Source of the DNA: Candidatus Latescibacterota bacterium
Lineage (GTDB): Bacteria; Latescibacterota; UBA2968
Reading direction: 5' to 3'
Length of the DNA stretch: 43,990 bases
NCBI GenBank assembly: GCA_022822565.1
Contig: JAJEAX010000280.1
Span: forward strand, 1 to 43,990
The notes under the pieces: generated by a model
Database searches by the model: none
What the model saw: the letters and a program-made list of their open reading frames with translations, nothing else
Told to the model about the DNA's origin: nothing
Program-made: the position numbers and the translations under genes
Shown: one piece after another, positions 21,155 through 30,456 of the stretch
Layout of the letters: every line of letters begins with the position of its first letter
How positions within the stretch are numbered: position 1 is the first letter of the stretch

Positions 21155-21406
21155 TCACGGCTTTGCCACAAGATCCATGCGAACCACGCCATCAGTGGCG
21201 GGCACTTCCAATTCCACAATCCACCCTCTGACGACCTCACCTTTCACAACAATTTCTTTGGTTTCTTTTGAAAGGATTTTGGCATCTTCCGATACGCGCG
21301 CCAGCGCGTGACACTTGTCATCATCCACACAGAAATAACGCTGAATCCGCGCTTCGGGCATGCCTCCAAGTCTGGGACATTCGGCTTCGAGTTTTTCTTC
21401 ACTCAT
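21155..21406 (-). CDS. Hypothetical protein (83 aa)
   Basis: ORF fills the gap between nadD and zapA in operon orientation; no recognised motif. Confidence 0.65.
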   Translation of the reverse strand: MSEEKLEAECPRLGGMPEARIQRYFCVDDDKCHALARVSEDAKILSKETKEIVVKGEVVRGWIVELEVPATDGVVRMDLVAKP

Positions 21407-21440
21407 AACAAAACCCGTAGAAAGTTGCGGGTCTCTATCC

Positions 21441-22022
21441 CTAAAGATATAACCCCTGGGTTCTAATATAATCTGCGACAGCGTCGGGAACCAAAAAAGA
21501 AATTGGTTTTCTGTTGCGTACTCGTTCTCTAATCGCCGTTGACGATATATCTATCAGGGGGGTTTCAATAAACTGCATCCTGGATTTGAAAGCGGGATCA
21601 ACGCGCTCTCGCTCAAATCCCGGGCGTTCAGCTACGAGTACGTGAGCCAGGTCCAACACGCCTTCTGGGTCAAACCAGTCGCCCATTTCAACGGCATTAT
21701 CGGCACCAATGATCAAAAATATCTTTGTGTCCCCCCCCATATTCCTGTGCAAATGACGCAAGGTATCAATCGTATAGGATTTCCCGGAGCGCGACAACTC
21801 GAATCGACTCAGTTCAAACCCCGGATAATCGCGCACGGCCAGGCTGACCATCACCGCGCGATCTTCAGCCGAAGTCATAGTGTGTTTGAGCGGCGGGTCG
21901 CCCGACGGCATAAACACAACCCGGTCGAGCGCGCATTGGAGCATAATTTCCTGCCCGATAATTAAATGTGCGATGTGAATGGGGTCAAATGTCCCGCCAA
22001 AAATGCCAACGCGCTTTGTCAT
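21441..22022 (-). CDS. nadD: Nicotinate-nucleotide adenylyltransferase
   Basis: GIFGGTFDPIHIAH, SYTIDTL, IIGAD, ISSTAIR. Confidence 0.97.
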   Translation of the reverse strand: MTKRVGIFGGTFDPIHIAHLIIGQEIMLQCALDRVVFMPSGDPPLKHTMTSAEDRAVMVSLAVRDYPGFELSRFELSRSGKSYTIDTLRHLHRNMGGDTKIFLIIGADNAVEMGDWFDPEGVLDLAHVLVAERPGFERERVDPAFKSRMQFIETPLIDISSTAIRERVRNRKPISFLVPDAVADYIRTQGLYL

Positions 22023-22033
22023 CCTGAGGTTTT

Positions 22034-22789
22034 TCAGTTGGACTGCGTTTTTTTTATTTTTTCCATCTCTTCAATGACTTTTTCCTTCAACTTCTCCGGT
22101 AAGTCCTGCCCTATCAGCAATGTAAGCTCATTGAGTGCCTCGTCGAGTGCCCCGGTCTTCAAATTGACCTGTGCAATAATAAAGCGCGCCTCCAAAGCAG
22201 ACTCTGTGTCGGGATATTCCTTCAATACGCCTTCCGCGTAGAGTTTGGCTGAGGTATAATATTTCCACAGAACATAATCATAAGCAATCATGACATCCTT
22301 CTGGGCCAGTTGATTGCGCAACGCTTTAATTCTTTCCTCTGCTTGAGACACGAGATCGCTTTGTGGATAGTCTTCGATAAACCGCGCAAATTCTCGAATC
22401 GCCTTGTGCGTTTCATCCTGGTCGTGGTGAATGTCGCGCGCATCTTGATAATAACACTCGCCAATCTGGAATCGCGCTTCGGCGGCATAAGGACTCACGG
22501 GATATTCGTTGAGCAGGCGTTCGTATTCAAAAATAGATGTCACATAATCTTTTTGACACTGAAAAGCTTTGCCCAATCCAAACTGTGCCTCATCTGACAA
22601 ATGAGATCCGGGAAAATCAGATAGCATATTTCTAAACAACAACTCGGCGTCGTAGCACTTCTTATTATCGAGTGCTTCTTGCGCGTCTTTGTAATAAACC
22701 TCTGGGCTCAATCGCCTGTATTTTTTTTGTGCACACCCCAAATACAACACCATCAGACACGCACAACAGATATATAAAATTCGTCTCAT
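22034..22789 (-). CDS. bamD: Outer membrane protein assembly lipoprotein BamD
   Basis: Lipobox LYLG-C, TPR repeats, DQDET.KA...F..F...YP.S; start at MRRILY. Confidence 0.88.
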   Translation of the reverse strand: MRRILYICCACLMVLYLGCAQKKYRRLSPEVYYKDAQEALDNKKCYDAELLFRNMLSDFPGSHLSDEAQFGLGKAFQCQKDYVTSIFEYERLLNEYPVSPYAAEARFQIGECYYQDARDIHHDQDETHKAIREFARFIEDYPQSDLVSQAEERIKALRNQLAQKDVMIAYDYVLWKYYTSAKLYAEGVLKEYPDTESALEARFIIAQVNLKTGALDEALNELTLLIGQDLPEKLKEKVIEEMEKIKKTQSN

Positions 22790-22942
22790 AATCCGCCAAT
22801 CTGCATAATTCAAAGAACCGTTAACATATTGTCCTGTCTGATAAACGATGCAGATTATGTAATGTTCCCCAGTTTCAAAAATAAAAAGGGCGCGTTTTTC
22901 CCGCGCTTCGTTCCAAAATCTTCAAACGTATAAGACTTTCAC

Positions 22943-22971
22943 AACATAAGCAAACCCACCTATCAAGTCAA
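22943..22971 (-). promoter_or_regulatory. Putative sigma70 promoter upstream of bamD
   Basis: TTGACT-17 nt-TATGTT. Confidence 0.45.
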
Positions 22972-23079
22972 GAATGACGCACGCACAAATAGGGGGATTT
23001 TCCTGTAGATTTTCAGGGCATATTGGTATTATATTGCGCGATATATACGTTATTTGTGTAATATGTTTGAGAGGTTCTC

Positions 23080-23994
23080 ATGGCTTCTGTCCTTGTCATC
23101 GGGAGTTCCAACACCGATCTGGTTATTCGCACCAACAAATTGCCAGCCCCCGGTGAAACAGTACTCGGCGGCGCGTTTTTTACTGCTGCGGGTGGCAAAG
23201 GCGCCAACCAGGCCGTTGCCGCAGCCCGCGCAGGGGCACAGGTCACATTCGTAGCGCGTCTGGGGGACGATGATTTTGGCGCGCAAGCGCTATCGGCCTT
23301 TCAACGCGAAGGGATCGACACGCGATGGATTGTATCCGATCCCGATTTACCGTCAGGCGTTGCATTTATCCTCGTTGATGAGCGCGGGGAAAACAGCATT
23401 GCGGTCGCTTCAGGCGCGAATGCAGCCCTATCCCCCGATCAAATTCAGGATCGGGCATATCAAAACGCAGAAATATGCTTGCTTCAACTCGAAATCCCGC
23501 TTGAAACCGTGGTCCAGGCCGCAGATCTATCGACAAAAAACGAGACCCGTATCGTACTCAATCCAGCGCCAGCAGCAGATCTGCCAGAAGAAATCTGGCC
23601 TCACCTGTTTCTCATTACCCCCAATCAAACCGAAACCGAACACTTCACGGGCATTCCTCCCAACAGCCCCAAAAATATCGCAAAGGCAGCCGACAAACTC
23701 CTCCAAAAAGGCGCTCAAAACGCCATCATCACCCTGGGAGCACAAGGCGCGTTTTTGGCGACACCAGATCAAACTTTACACATACCGGCTTTTAAAGCTA
23801 CACCAATAGATACCACTGGTGCCGGCGATGCCTTCAATGGCGCGCTAGCCTGCGCTTTAAGCGAAAACCAATCCCTTGAAACCGCCATTCGCTTTGCGTG
23901 CGCAGCAGGCGCTCTAACCGTTGGCAAAGCAGGTGCCCAACCCGCGATCCCCACAAGAGATCAAATCGATGCGCTGTTGGCGAATCTTCCTTGA
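23080..23994 (+). CDS. rbsK: Ribokinase (PfkB family)
   Basis: GSSNTD, GGKGANQA, DTTGAGDAF. Confidence 0.93.
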   Translation: MASVLVIGSSNTDLVIRTNKLPAPGETVLGGAFFTAAGGKGANQAVAAARAGAQVTFVARLGDDDFGAQALSAFQREGIDTRWIVSDPDLPSGVAFILVDERGENSIAVASGANAALSPDQIQDRAYQNAEICLLQLEIPLETVVQAADLSTKNETRIVLNPAPAADLPEEIWPHLFLITPNQTETEHFTGIPPNSPKNIAKAADKLLQKGAQNAIITLGAQGAFLATPDQTLHIPAFKATPIDTTGAGDAFNGALACALSENQSLETAIRFACAAGALTVGKAGAQPAIPTRDQIDALLANLP

Positions 23995-24019
23995 CGACAT
24001 CCCTACCTTGTCCTATATT
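23991..24019 (+). promoter_or_regulatory. Putative sigma70 promoter overlapping the rbsK stop codon
   Basis: TTGACG-17 nt-TATATT. Confidence 0.6.
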
Positions 24020-24084
24020 CCTATTCCCTTTCCCAAACTTCCCCCCTCTCCCCTGATGCCATCCCGTATCAGAAAGGAAATCTA

Positions 24085-24261
24085 ATGGGTTTGAGGAAGG
24101 CGAGTACAATCAGGCTCGATTTCGATGACCTCGTCAAAGAACTCGACGATTTCGAGCAAGACATTAGAACCCTTCAGGACCGTATAGACCAACTCATCAC
24201 CAACGCGCGACAAAAACCAGTCAAAGCCGTTACGAGCGAAGGCGATATGGGCACGACCTGA
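24085..24261 (+). CDS. Small acidic coiled-coil protein (58 aa; not in the ORF track)
   Basis: SD GAAAGGA; MGLRKASTIRLDFDDLVKELDDFEQDIRTLQDRIDQLITNARQKPVKAVTSEGDMGTT with heptad periodicity; flanked by its own promoter and terminator. Confidence 0.7.
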   Translation: MGLRKASTIRLDFDDLVKELDDFEQDIRTLQDRIDQLITNARQKPVKAVTSEGDMGTT

Positions 24262-24272
24262 ACACACAAATA

Positions 24273-24308
24273 AACAGGCGGGAAAATTCCCCGCCTGTTA
24301 TTTTTTTT
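24273..24308 (+). terminator. Intrinsic terminator
   Basis: AACAGGCGGG-AAAATTC-CCCGCCTGTT-ATTTTTTTT. Confidence 0.9.
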
Positions 24309-24313
24309 GCGCA

Positions 24314-24523
24314 ATGTTCTACACCACTATATTTGCCATAGTCCTCATCGTTGTCATACTGGCCAAATATCTCTACAAACCCGTTGAACGCTGTCCCGAA
24401 TGCAACGCTCCGCGCGAGTCCGATCATCCGATATGCCCGTGCGGATATGTTTTTGAATTTCCCGATGATGACGATCCCCTCGAATACGGTGACCCGGAAG
24501 ACTCTGCAAAGGATTCCCCATGA
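24314..24523 (+). CDS. Small membrane-anchored zinc-ribbon protein
   Basis: N-terminal TM helix, CPEC...CPCG, acidic tail; ATGA overlap with purB. Confidence 0.7.
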   Translation: MFYTTIFAIVLIVVILAKYLYKPVERCPECNAPRESDHPICPCGYVFEFPDDDDPLEYGDPEDSAKDSP

Positions 24524-25878
24524 CCCTCACTGCACTCTCCCCTCTCGACAATCGCTATACGAGCCGCTTGACCGACCTCGTTCCCTGTCTCTCTCAATTT
24601 GCACTAATAGCCTACCGCGTGCAAATTGAGATCGAGTGGTTGCGCTTTCAATCAGCGCGCCCCGAACTCACACACGTCCGCGCATTTACCGATGCTGAAC
24701 ACCAGATGTTAAAATCGTGGATAGACACTTTCGATGAACAGCAAGCTCAGCGCGTTGTCGCTATCGAAAAAGTCACCAATCACGATGTTAAATCCGTCGA
24801 ATACTATGTCAGAGAACGCCTCGAGGAAACATCGCTTGCCGACATAAGTGAAGCCGTGCATTTTTGCTGCACCTCTGAAGACATCAGCAATCTCGCTCAT
24901 GCACTCATGCTTAAATCCGCTATAGAAGATGTCTTTCTACCACTGGCACAACAGGTTACACAGATCACTTCACAACTCGCACAAGACACTAAAAACCTCT
25001 CTATACTCGCACGCACGCACGGCCAACCCGCCACCCCGACCACAATGGGCAAAGAACTCGCCGTATTTGTCTATCGCTGGCAGCGACAAATCAAACAGGC
25101 CACACAGCTCGAATACCTCGGTAAATTCAATGGCGCCACCGGCAATTACAACGCACATGTCGCGGCCTATCCCAAAGTGCGCTGGCACGACCTCGCCCGC
25201 GATTTCGTCCAGCGTCTCGGCCTCACATTCAATCCCCTCACCACGCAGATTGAATCGCACGATTATATGGCCGAAGTCTTTCACTTGATCGTCCGCTTCA
25301 ACACCATCTCGCTCGACTTTGCCCGCGACATGTGGACCTATATATCCCTATCCTATTTTCGACAGAAAACAGTCGCATCAGAGGTAGGATCCTCGACTAT
25401 GCCCCACAAAGTCAATCCCATCGACTTTGAAAATGCCGAAGCCAATCTGGGCATCAGCACGGCCCTGCTCGAACACCTATCGACCAAATTGCCCGTCTCA
25501 CGCCTTCAGCGCGACCTGTCCGACTCCTCAGCCAGCCGCAATATTGGCCCGGCTATCGGCCATGCGTGTCTCGCCCTGAAATCCATCCTGAATGGTATGG
25601 GCAAGGTCGCTATCGACAAACAGGCCATTGCCAGCGATCTCGAAAACGCCTATGAAATCCTCGGCGAAGCCGTGCAAACCGTCATGCGAAAAGCCGGATA
25701 TGAGAATGCCTACGAACTCATGAAAGACCTCACCCGGGGCACAGAGATTACAAAGGATGATCTCGATAACTTCCTCAATACTCTCGATCTTCCACAGGCA
25801 GACCTCAAAAATCTGAAAAATCTAACGCCTCAATCCTATATAGGGCTTGCCCCTCAGCTTGTGGATGATATCTTGTAG
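24520..25878 (+). CDS. purB: Adenylosuccinate lyase
   Basis: ALSPLD.RY, TNHDVK.VEY, RTHGQPATPTT, GSSTMPHKVNPIDFEN. Confidence 0.97.
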   Translation: MTLTALSPLDNRYTSRLTDLVPCLSQFALIAYRVQIEIEWLRFQSARPELTHVRAFTDAEHQMLKSWIDTFDEQQAQRVVAIEKVTNHDVKSVEYYVRERLEETSLADISEAVHFCCTSEDISNLAHALMLKSAIEDVFLPLAQQVTQITSQLAQDTKNLSILARTHGQPATPTTMGKELAVFVYRWQRQIKQATQLEYLGKFNGATGNYNAHVAAYPKVRWHDLARDFVQRLGLTFNPLTTQIESHDYMAEVFHLIVRFNTISLDFARDMWTYISLSYFRQKTVASEVGSSTMPHKVNPIDFENAEANLGISTALLEHLSTKLPVSRLQRDLSDSSASRNIGPAIGHACLALKSILNGMGKVAIDKQAIASDLENAYEILGEAVQTVMRKAGYENAYELMKDLTRGTEITKDDLDNFLNTLDLPQADLKNLKNLTPQSYIGLAPQLVDDIL

Positions 25879-25883
25879 AGACA

Positions 25884-25958
25884 AGGGGCTGAGAACTGGG
25901 GGCTGGTGGGAGGTGGGGACAAGCCCCAGTGTTCATCGCAATCACCCTCTCATCCCCT
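25884..25958. repeat. Nested GC-rich inverted repeat between purB and rmlC
   Basis: Outer AGGGGCTGAGA/TCTCATCCCCT (1 mismatch); inner ACTGGGGGCT/AGCCCCAGT. Confidence 0.45.
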
Positions 25959-25970
25959 CATCCTGATCCT

Positions 25971-26525
25971 ATGCCCTTTGAATTTGAGCACCTCGCCATA
26001 CCCGACGTCATCCTCGTTCGCGCAAAGCGATTTTCCGATGATCGCGGTTTTTTTGTCGAAACGTACAAACGAGACGATTTCGAAGCCAATGGCATCTTAG
26101 AAACGTTCGTTCAGGATAACCACTCCCGCTCTACCCGCGGCGTACTGCGCGGATTGCACTACCAAAAATCCCCTCGCGCACAGGGTAAACTCATCCAGGT
26201 ACTCAAAGGCGAAATATACGATGTTGCCGTCGATATTCGTCGGGGATCCCCCACTTATGGTCAGTGGACCGGCATTCATCTATCCGAGGCGCGGTCCGAA
26301 CTCCTGTATGTCCCCCCCGGCTTTGCACACGGATTCTGCGTTCTCACAGAGGTGGCGGACTTCACATACAAATGTACGGATGTTTACGCACCAGAGACCT
26401 ATCGCGGTATTGCCTGGGACGATCCCGACTTAGACATTTCCTGGCCCATAAAAAATCCAATCCTTTCCAGGCGCGATCAAAATCTCCCCTCGCTCAAAAA
26501 GGCAGACAACAATTTCATTTACTGA
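25971..26525 (+). CDS. rmlC: dTDP-4-dehydrorhamnose 3,5-epimerase
   Basis: DDRGFFVETY, FVQDNHS.S..GVLRGLHYQ, GFAHGF; start at MPFEF. Confidence 0.95.
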   Translation: MPFEFEHLAIPDVILVRAKRFSDDRGFFVETYKRDDFEANGILETFVQDNHSRSTRGVLRGLHYQKSPRAQGKLIQVLKGEIYDVAVDIRRGSPTYGQWTGIHLSEARSELLYVPPGFAHGFCVLTEVADFTYKCTDVYAPETYRGIAWDDPDLDISWPIKNPILSRRDQNLPSLKKADNNFIY

Positions 26526-26532
26526 GGACCTC

Positions 26533-29500
26533 ATGAGCTTGAAGCATTTCTTCCGCATATCCCCCACGCAGCAACACACCCTGCTCCAATTGTCACAGCA
26601 ACACATCTCTGCACACATTCAAAATATTGAAACCGAATACTGTTTCAACGTACAAACGGACAGTCCACTTTCTGCCGACCAGCAAAACCGGCTCACCTAT
26701 CTTCTATCTGAAACCTTTGAAGCAGATCGGTTTGCAGAGCAATCCTTTCTTACGGGACCTGGTACGATCCTCGAAGTGGGGCCGCGCATGAATTTTTCCA
26801 CAGCATGGTCCACAAATGCCACGGCAATATGCCACGCCTGCGGTCTCACGCAAATTTCGCGCATTGAACGGTCGCGGCGCTACCTCATTGAGCCAACCCT
26901 GAGCCTGGATCAGCAAAATATCTTTTTGGCCCTCGTTCACGACCGCATGACCGAATGCCTGTATTCCCACCCCCTCACCTCCTTTGACTCCGACGCAAAA
27001 CCAGAACCCGTATCCGAGATTCCCCTCATAGAAGAAGGCCGCCGCGCCCTTGAAAAAATCAATCGCACCCTGGGCCTGGCATTCGACGAATGGGATCTCA
27101 ATTATTACACAGACCTCTTCCTCGATCAGATCGGACGCAATCCCACCAATGTCGAATGCTTTGACATTGCCCAATCCAACAGCGAACATTGCAGACACTG
27201 GTTTTTTAAAGGCCGCCTTATCATCGACGGCGAAGAGATGCCCGACCACCTCATCGCCATGATCCAATCGACACTCAAAGCCAACCCCAACAACAGCACT
27301 ATAGCCTTCAAAGACAATTCCAGTGCCATCCGGGGGTATCCAATACGGACTATTGTTCCCACCACTATCGGCAGTCCCTCTCCATTTGCATTCTCAGACC
27401 GCACCTGCGACATCATCTTCACAGCAGAAACGCACAACTTCCCATCGGGTGTTGCTCCTTTTCCCGGTGCAGAAACAGGCACGGGCGGACGCATCCGAGA
27501 CGTGCAGGCCACAGGTCGCGGCGCACTCGTGATAGCGGGTACAGCGGCGTATTGCGTGGGCAATTTGTATATTCCCGGATACGACCTGCCCTGGGAAAAT
27601 CCAGATTTTCAATATCCCGATAACCTCGCCACCCCCTTGCAAATCGCAGTTGAAGCCAGCAATGGGGCTTCGGATTACGGCAATAAATTCGGCGAACCTC
27701 TTATACAGGGCTACACGCGATCCTATGGTATGCGCCTGCCCAATGGAGAACGCAGAGAATGGATTAAACCCATTATGTTCAGCGGCGGAATCGGTCAAAT
27801 GGACGCGCGTCATACAAATAAAGAGAAGCCCGAACCCCAAATGCTCGTCACCAAAATTGGCGGGCCAGCCTATCGCATTGGCATGGGGGGTGGCGCTGCT
27901 TCGAGCATGGTACAGGGCGAAAATGAAGCCGAACTCGACTTCAACGCCGTGCAGCGAGGCGACGCAGAAATGGAACAAAAACTCAATCGCGTGATCCGCG
28001 CCTGTGTCGAACTCGGCGATCAAAACCCCATTGTCAGCATCCACGACCAGGGCGCGGGTGGCAACTGCAATGTCCTGAAAGAAATTGTTGAGCCTGCGGG
28101 TGCCCGCATCGATATTCGCGCCGTGCCCGTTGGAGATGAAACCCTATCTGTGCTCGAAATATGGGGCGCTGAATATCAGGAAAATAATGCTCTGCTCATC
28201 CGTCCCGAACACGCCCACCTTTTTGACGCCCTCTGCAAACGCGAAAAGGTCATCTATGCTTTTGTCGGCGAAGTGACCGGCGATGGGCAGGTGGTAGTCT
28301 TCGACAGCAAAGACAATACCACCCCCGTTGACCTCGATCTGGAAAAGGTTCTCGGCGATATGCCGCAAAAGCCATTCAAACTCGACCGATTTCCCATCCG
28401 CACAGCACCGCTCACCCTTCCCGATAATCTGACCGTTGAAAAAGCACTCGACCGCGTGCTTCGCCTCGTCTCTGTGGGTTCCAAACGCTTTCTCACCAAC
28501 AAAGTTGACCGCTGTGTAACCGGGCTTGTCGCACAACAGCAATGCGTGGGACCGCTTCAGCTAACAGCAGCAGATGTCGCTGTCATTGCACAAAGCCATT
28601 TTAGCACGACTGGCGCCGCCACCGCCATTGGCGAACAACCCATTAAAGGTCTCATCGATCCTGCGGCGATGGGACGCCTGTGCGTGGGCGAAATGCTCAC
28701 CAATATCGCCTGGGCACGCCTGAGTGCTATCGAAGACATCAAGTGCTCTGGCAACTGGATGTGGGCGGCCAAATTGCCCGGAGAAGGCGCGGCACTCTAC
28801 GATGCAGCCCGCGCCCTCACAGATATTCTGCTCGAATTGGGTATTGCTATAGATGGCGGCAAAGACAGCCTCTCGATGGCTGCGATCGCGCCGGGAGATA
28901 ATGGCGACGAAACCGTCAAAACACCCGGCACACTTGTCATATCGGGCTATGTCACCTGCCCCGACATCACGCAGACCGTCACGCCCGACTTAAAACACCC
29001 CGACGAAGGCATCGTACTTTACGTCGATCTCGGCGCAGATAAACATCGCCTCGGCGGGTCTTCTCTCGCCCATGTGTACGAGCAACTCGGCGACGCGTCG
29101 CCAGATGTAGATGATCCCGCCCTGCTCAAACGCGCGATTGGCGCACTCCAATCCTGCATCGCAAAAAACTATATCGCCTCGGGACACGACCGCAGCGACG
29201 GCGGCCTCATCACCGCGCTTTTGGAAATGGCTTTTGCCGGCAACTGTGGTATTCAGATCGATCTTCAAACCCGCGCCAATGCGATACCCGCGCTCTTTTC
29301 TGAAGAACTCGGCCTCGTCTTTGAAGTGCATCCCAAAAATCTGATGATCGTGCGAGAAATTTTTGAAAAAGTCGCCGTGCCCATCCAGACCATTGGAAAA
29401 GTAACCTCCAATCCCGATATCCAGATTTCTGTCAACAATCAGCGCGTCCTCAAAAGTCCCATGCCCGAATTGCGCGACTTATGGGAAGCTACGAGTTTCC

Positions 29501-30429
29501 AGCTCGAACGCCGGCAAACCAATCCATCCTGTGTCGCGCAAGAAGAGACTTCCCTGTACGCGCGCACAGGTCCCAAATTTACCGCGCCCTTCGCGCCAAT
29601 GCCCACGTCGCCCGCCATCCTCAATGCCAGTCGCAAACCCGCAGTCGCCATCGTGCGCGAAGAAGGCAGCAATGGAGATCGCGAAATGACCTCTGCATTT
29701 TTCGCAGCGGGCTTTGAACCCTGGGATGTGACCACGAGTGATCTCTTATCTGGCACCATCGCACTCGACCATCGGTTCAGAGGCGTTGTATTTGTGGGCG
29801 GATTCAGCTATGCCGATGTGCTCGACTCGGCCAAAGGATGGGCTGGCGTGATTCGCTTCAACGACGGTCTTCGCGCCCAGTTCGATGCCTTCTACAACCG
29901 TCCCGATACTTTCAGCCTCGGCGTATGCAATGGCTGCCAACTCATGGCCTTGCTCGGCTGGGTTCCATTCCCCAGCCTTGCCAATGCGGCACAACCCCGA
30001 TTTATTCGAAACGAATCCGCGCGTTTTGAATCCCGCTTTTCCACCGTGCAAATTCAGGACAGTCCAGCGATTATGTTCAAAAACATGGCTGGCGCATCCC
30101 TCGGTGTGTGGGTCGCACACGGCGAAGGCCGCGCATTTTTTCCCCGTGCAGACGTACTCGACCGCGTCTTATGCGAAAATCTCTCTCCCGTGCGCTATGT
30201 CGATGACAATAATACCGCAACCGAAGCCTATCCCTTTAACCCAAACGGTTCCCCGCACGGTATTGCCGGTCTTTGCTCTCCCGATGGTCGCCACCTCGCC
30301 ATGATGCCCCATCCCGAACGCACCTTTCTCAAGTGGCAATGGGGCTATATGCCAACGGACTGGAAGCGCGATCTTCAAGCCTCTCCGTGGCTTCAAATAT
30401 TCCAGAACGCCCGCGAGTGGTGCGAATAA
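26533..30429 (+). CDS. purL: Phosphoribosylformylglycinamidine synthase, large single-chain type
   Basis: QSNSEHCRHWFF, AETHNFP, HDQGAGG, GGKDS; glutaminase domain GVCNGCQ and MMPHPER. Confidence 0.97.
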   Translation: MSLKHFFRISPTQQHTLLQLSQQHISAHIQNIETEYCFNVQTDSPLSADQQNRLTYLLSETFEADRFAEQSFLTGPGTILEVGPRMNFSTAWSTNATAICHACGLTQISRIERSRRYLIEPTLSLDQQNIFLALVHDRMTECLYSHPLTSFDSDAKPEPVSEIPLIEEGRRALEKINRTLGLAFDEWDLNYYTDLFLDQIGRNPTNVECFDIAQSNSEHCRHWFFKGRLIIDGEEMPDHLIAMIQSTLKANPNNSTIAFKDNSSAIRGYPIRTIVPTTIGSPSPFAFSDRTCDIIFTAETHNFPSGVAPFPGAETGTGGRIRDVQATGRGALVIAGTAAYCVGNLYIPGYDLPWENPDFQYPDNLATPLQIAVEASNGASDYGNKFGEPLIQGYTRSYGMRLPNGERREWIKPIMFSGGIGQMDARHTNKEKPEPQMLVTKIGGPAYRIGMGGGAASSMVQGENEAELDFNAVQRGDAEMEQKLNRVIRACVELGDQNPIVSIHDQGAGGNCNVLKEIVEPAGARIDIRAVPVGDETLSVLEIWGAEYQENNALLIRPEHAHLFDALCKREKVIYAFVGEVTGDGQVVVFDSKDNTTPVDLDLEKVLGDMPQKPFKLDRFPIRTAPLTLPDNLTVEKALDRVLRLVSVGSKRFLTNKVDRCVTGLVAQQQCVGPLQLTAADVAVIAQSHFSTTGAATAIGEQPIKGLIDPAAMGRLCVGEMLTNIAWARLSAIEDIKCSGNWMWAAKLPGEGAALYDAARALTDILLELGIAIDGGKDSLSMAAIAPGDNGDETVKTPGTLVISGYVTCPDITQTVTPDLKHPDEGIVLYVDLGADKHRLGGSSLAHVYEQLGDASPDVDDPALLKRAIGALQSCIAKNYIASGHDRSDGGLITALLEMAFAGNCGIQIDLQTRANAIPALFSEELGLVFEVHPKNLMIVREIFEKVAVPIQTIGKVTSNPDIQISVNNQRVLKSPMPELRDLWEATSFQLERRQTNPSCVAQEETSLYARTGPKFTAPFAPMPTSPAILNASRKPAVAIVREEGSNGDREMTSAFFAAGFEPWDVTTSDLLSGTIALDHRFRGVVFVGGFSYADVLDSAKGWAGVIRFNDGLRAQFDAFYNRPDTFSLGVCNGCQLMALLGWVPFPSLANAAQPRFIRNESARFESRFSTVQIQDSPAIMFKNMAGASLGVWVAHGEGRAFFPRADVLDRVLCENLSPVRYVDDNNTATEAYPFNPNGSPHGIAGLCSPDGRHLAMMPHPERTFLKWQWGYMPTDWKRDLQASPWLQIFQNAREWCE

Positions 30430-30456
30430 TCTCTATCTCCCCTATTGGAGGTTTTT

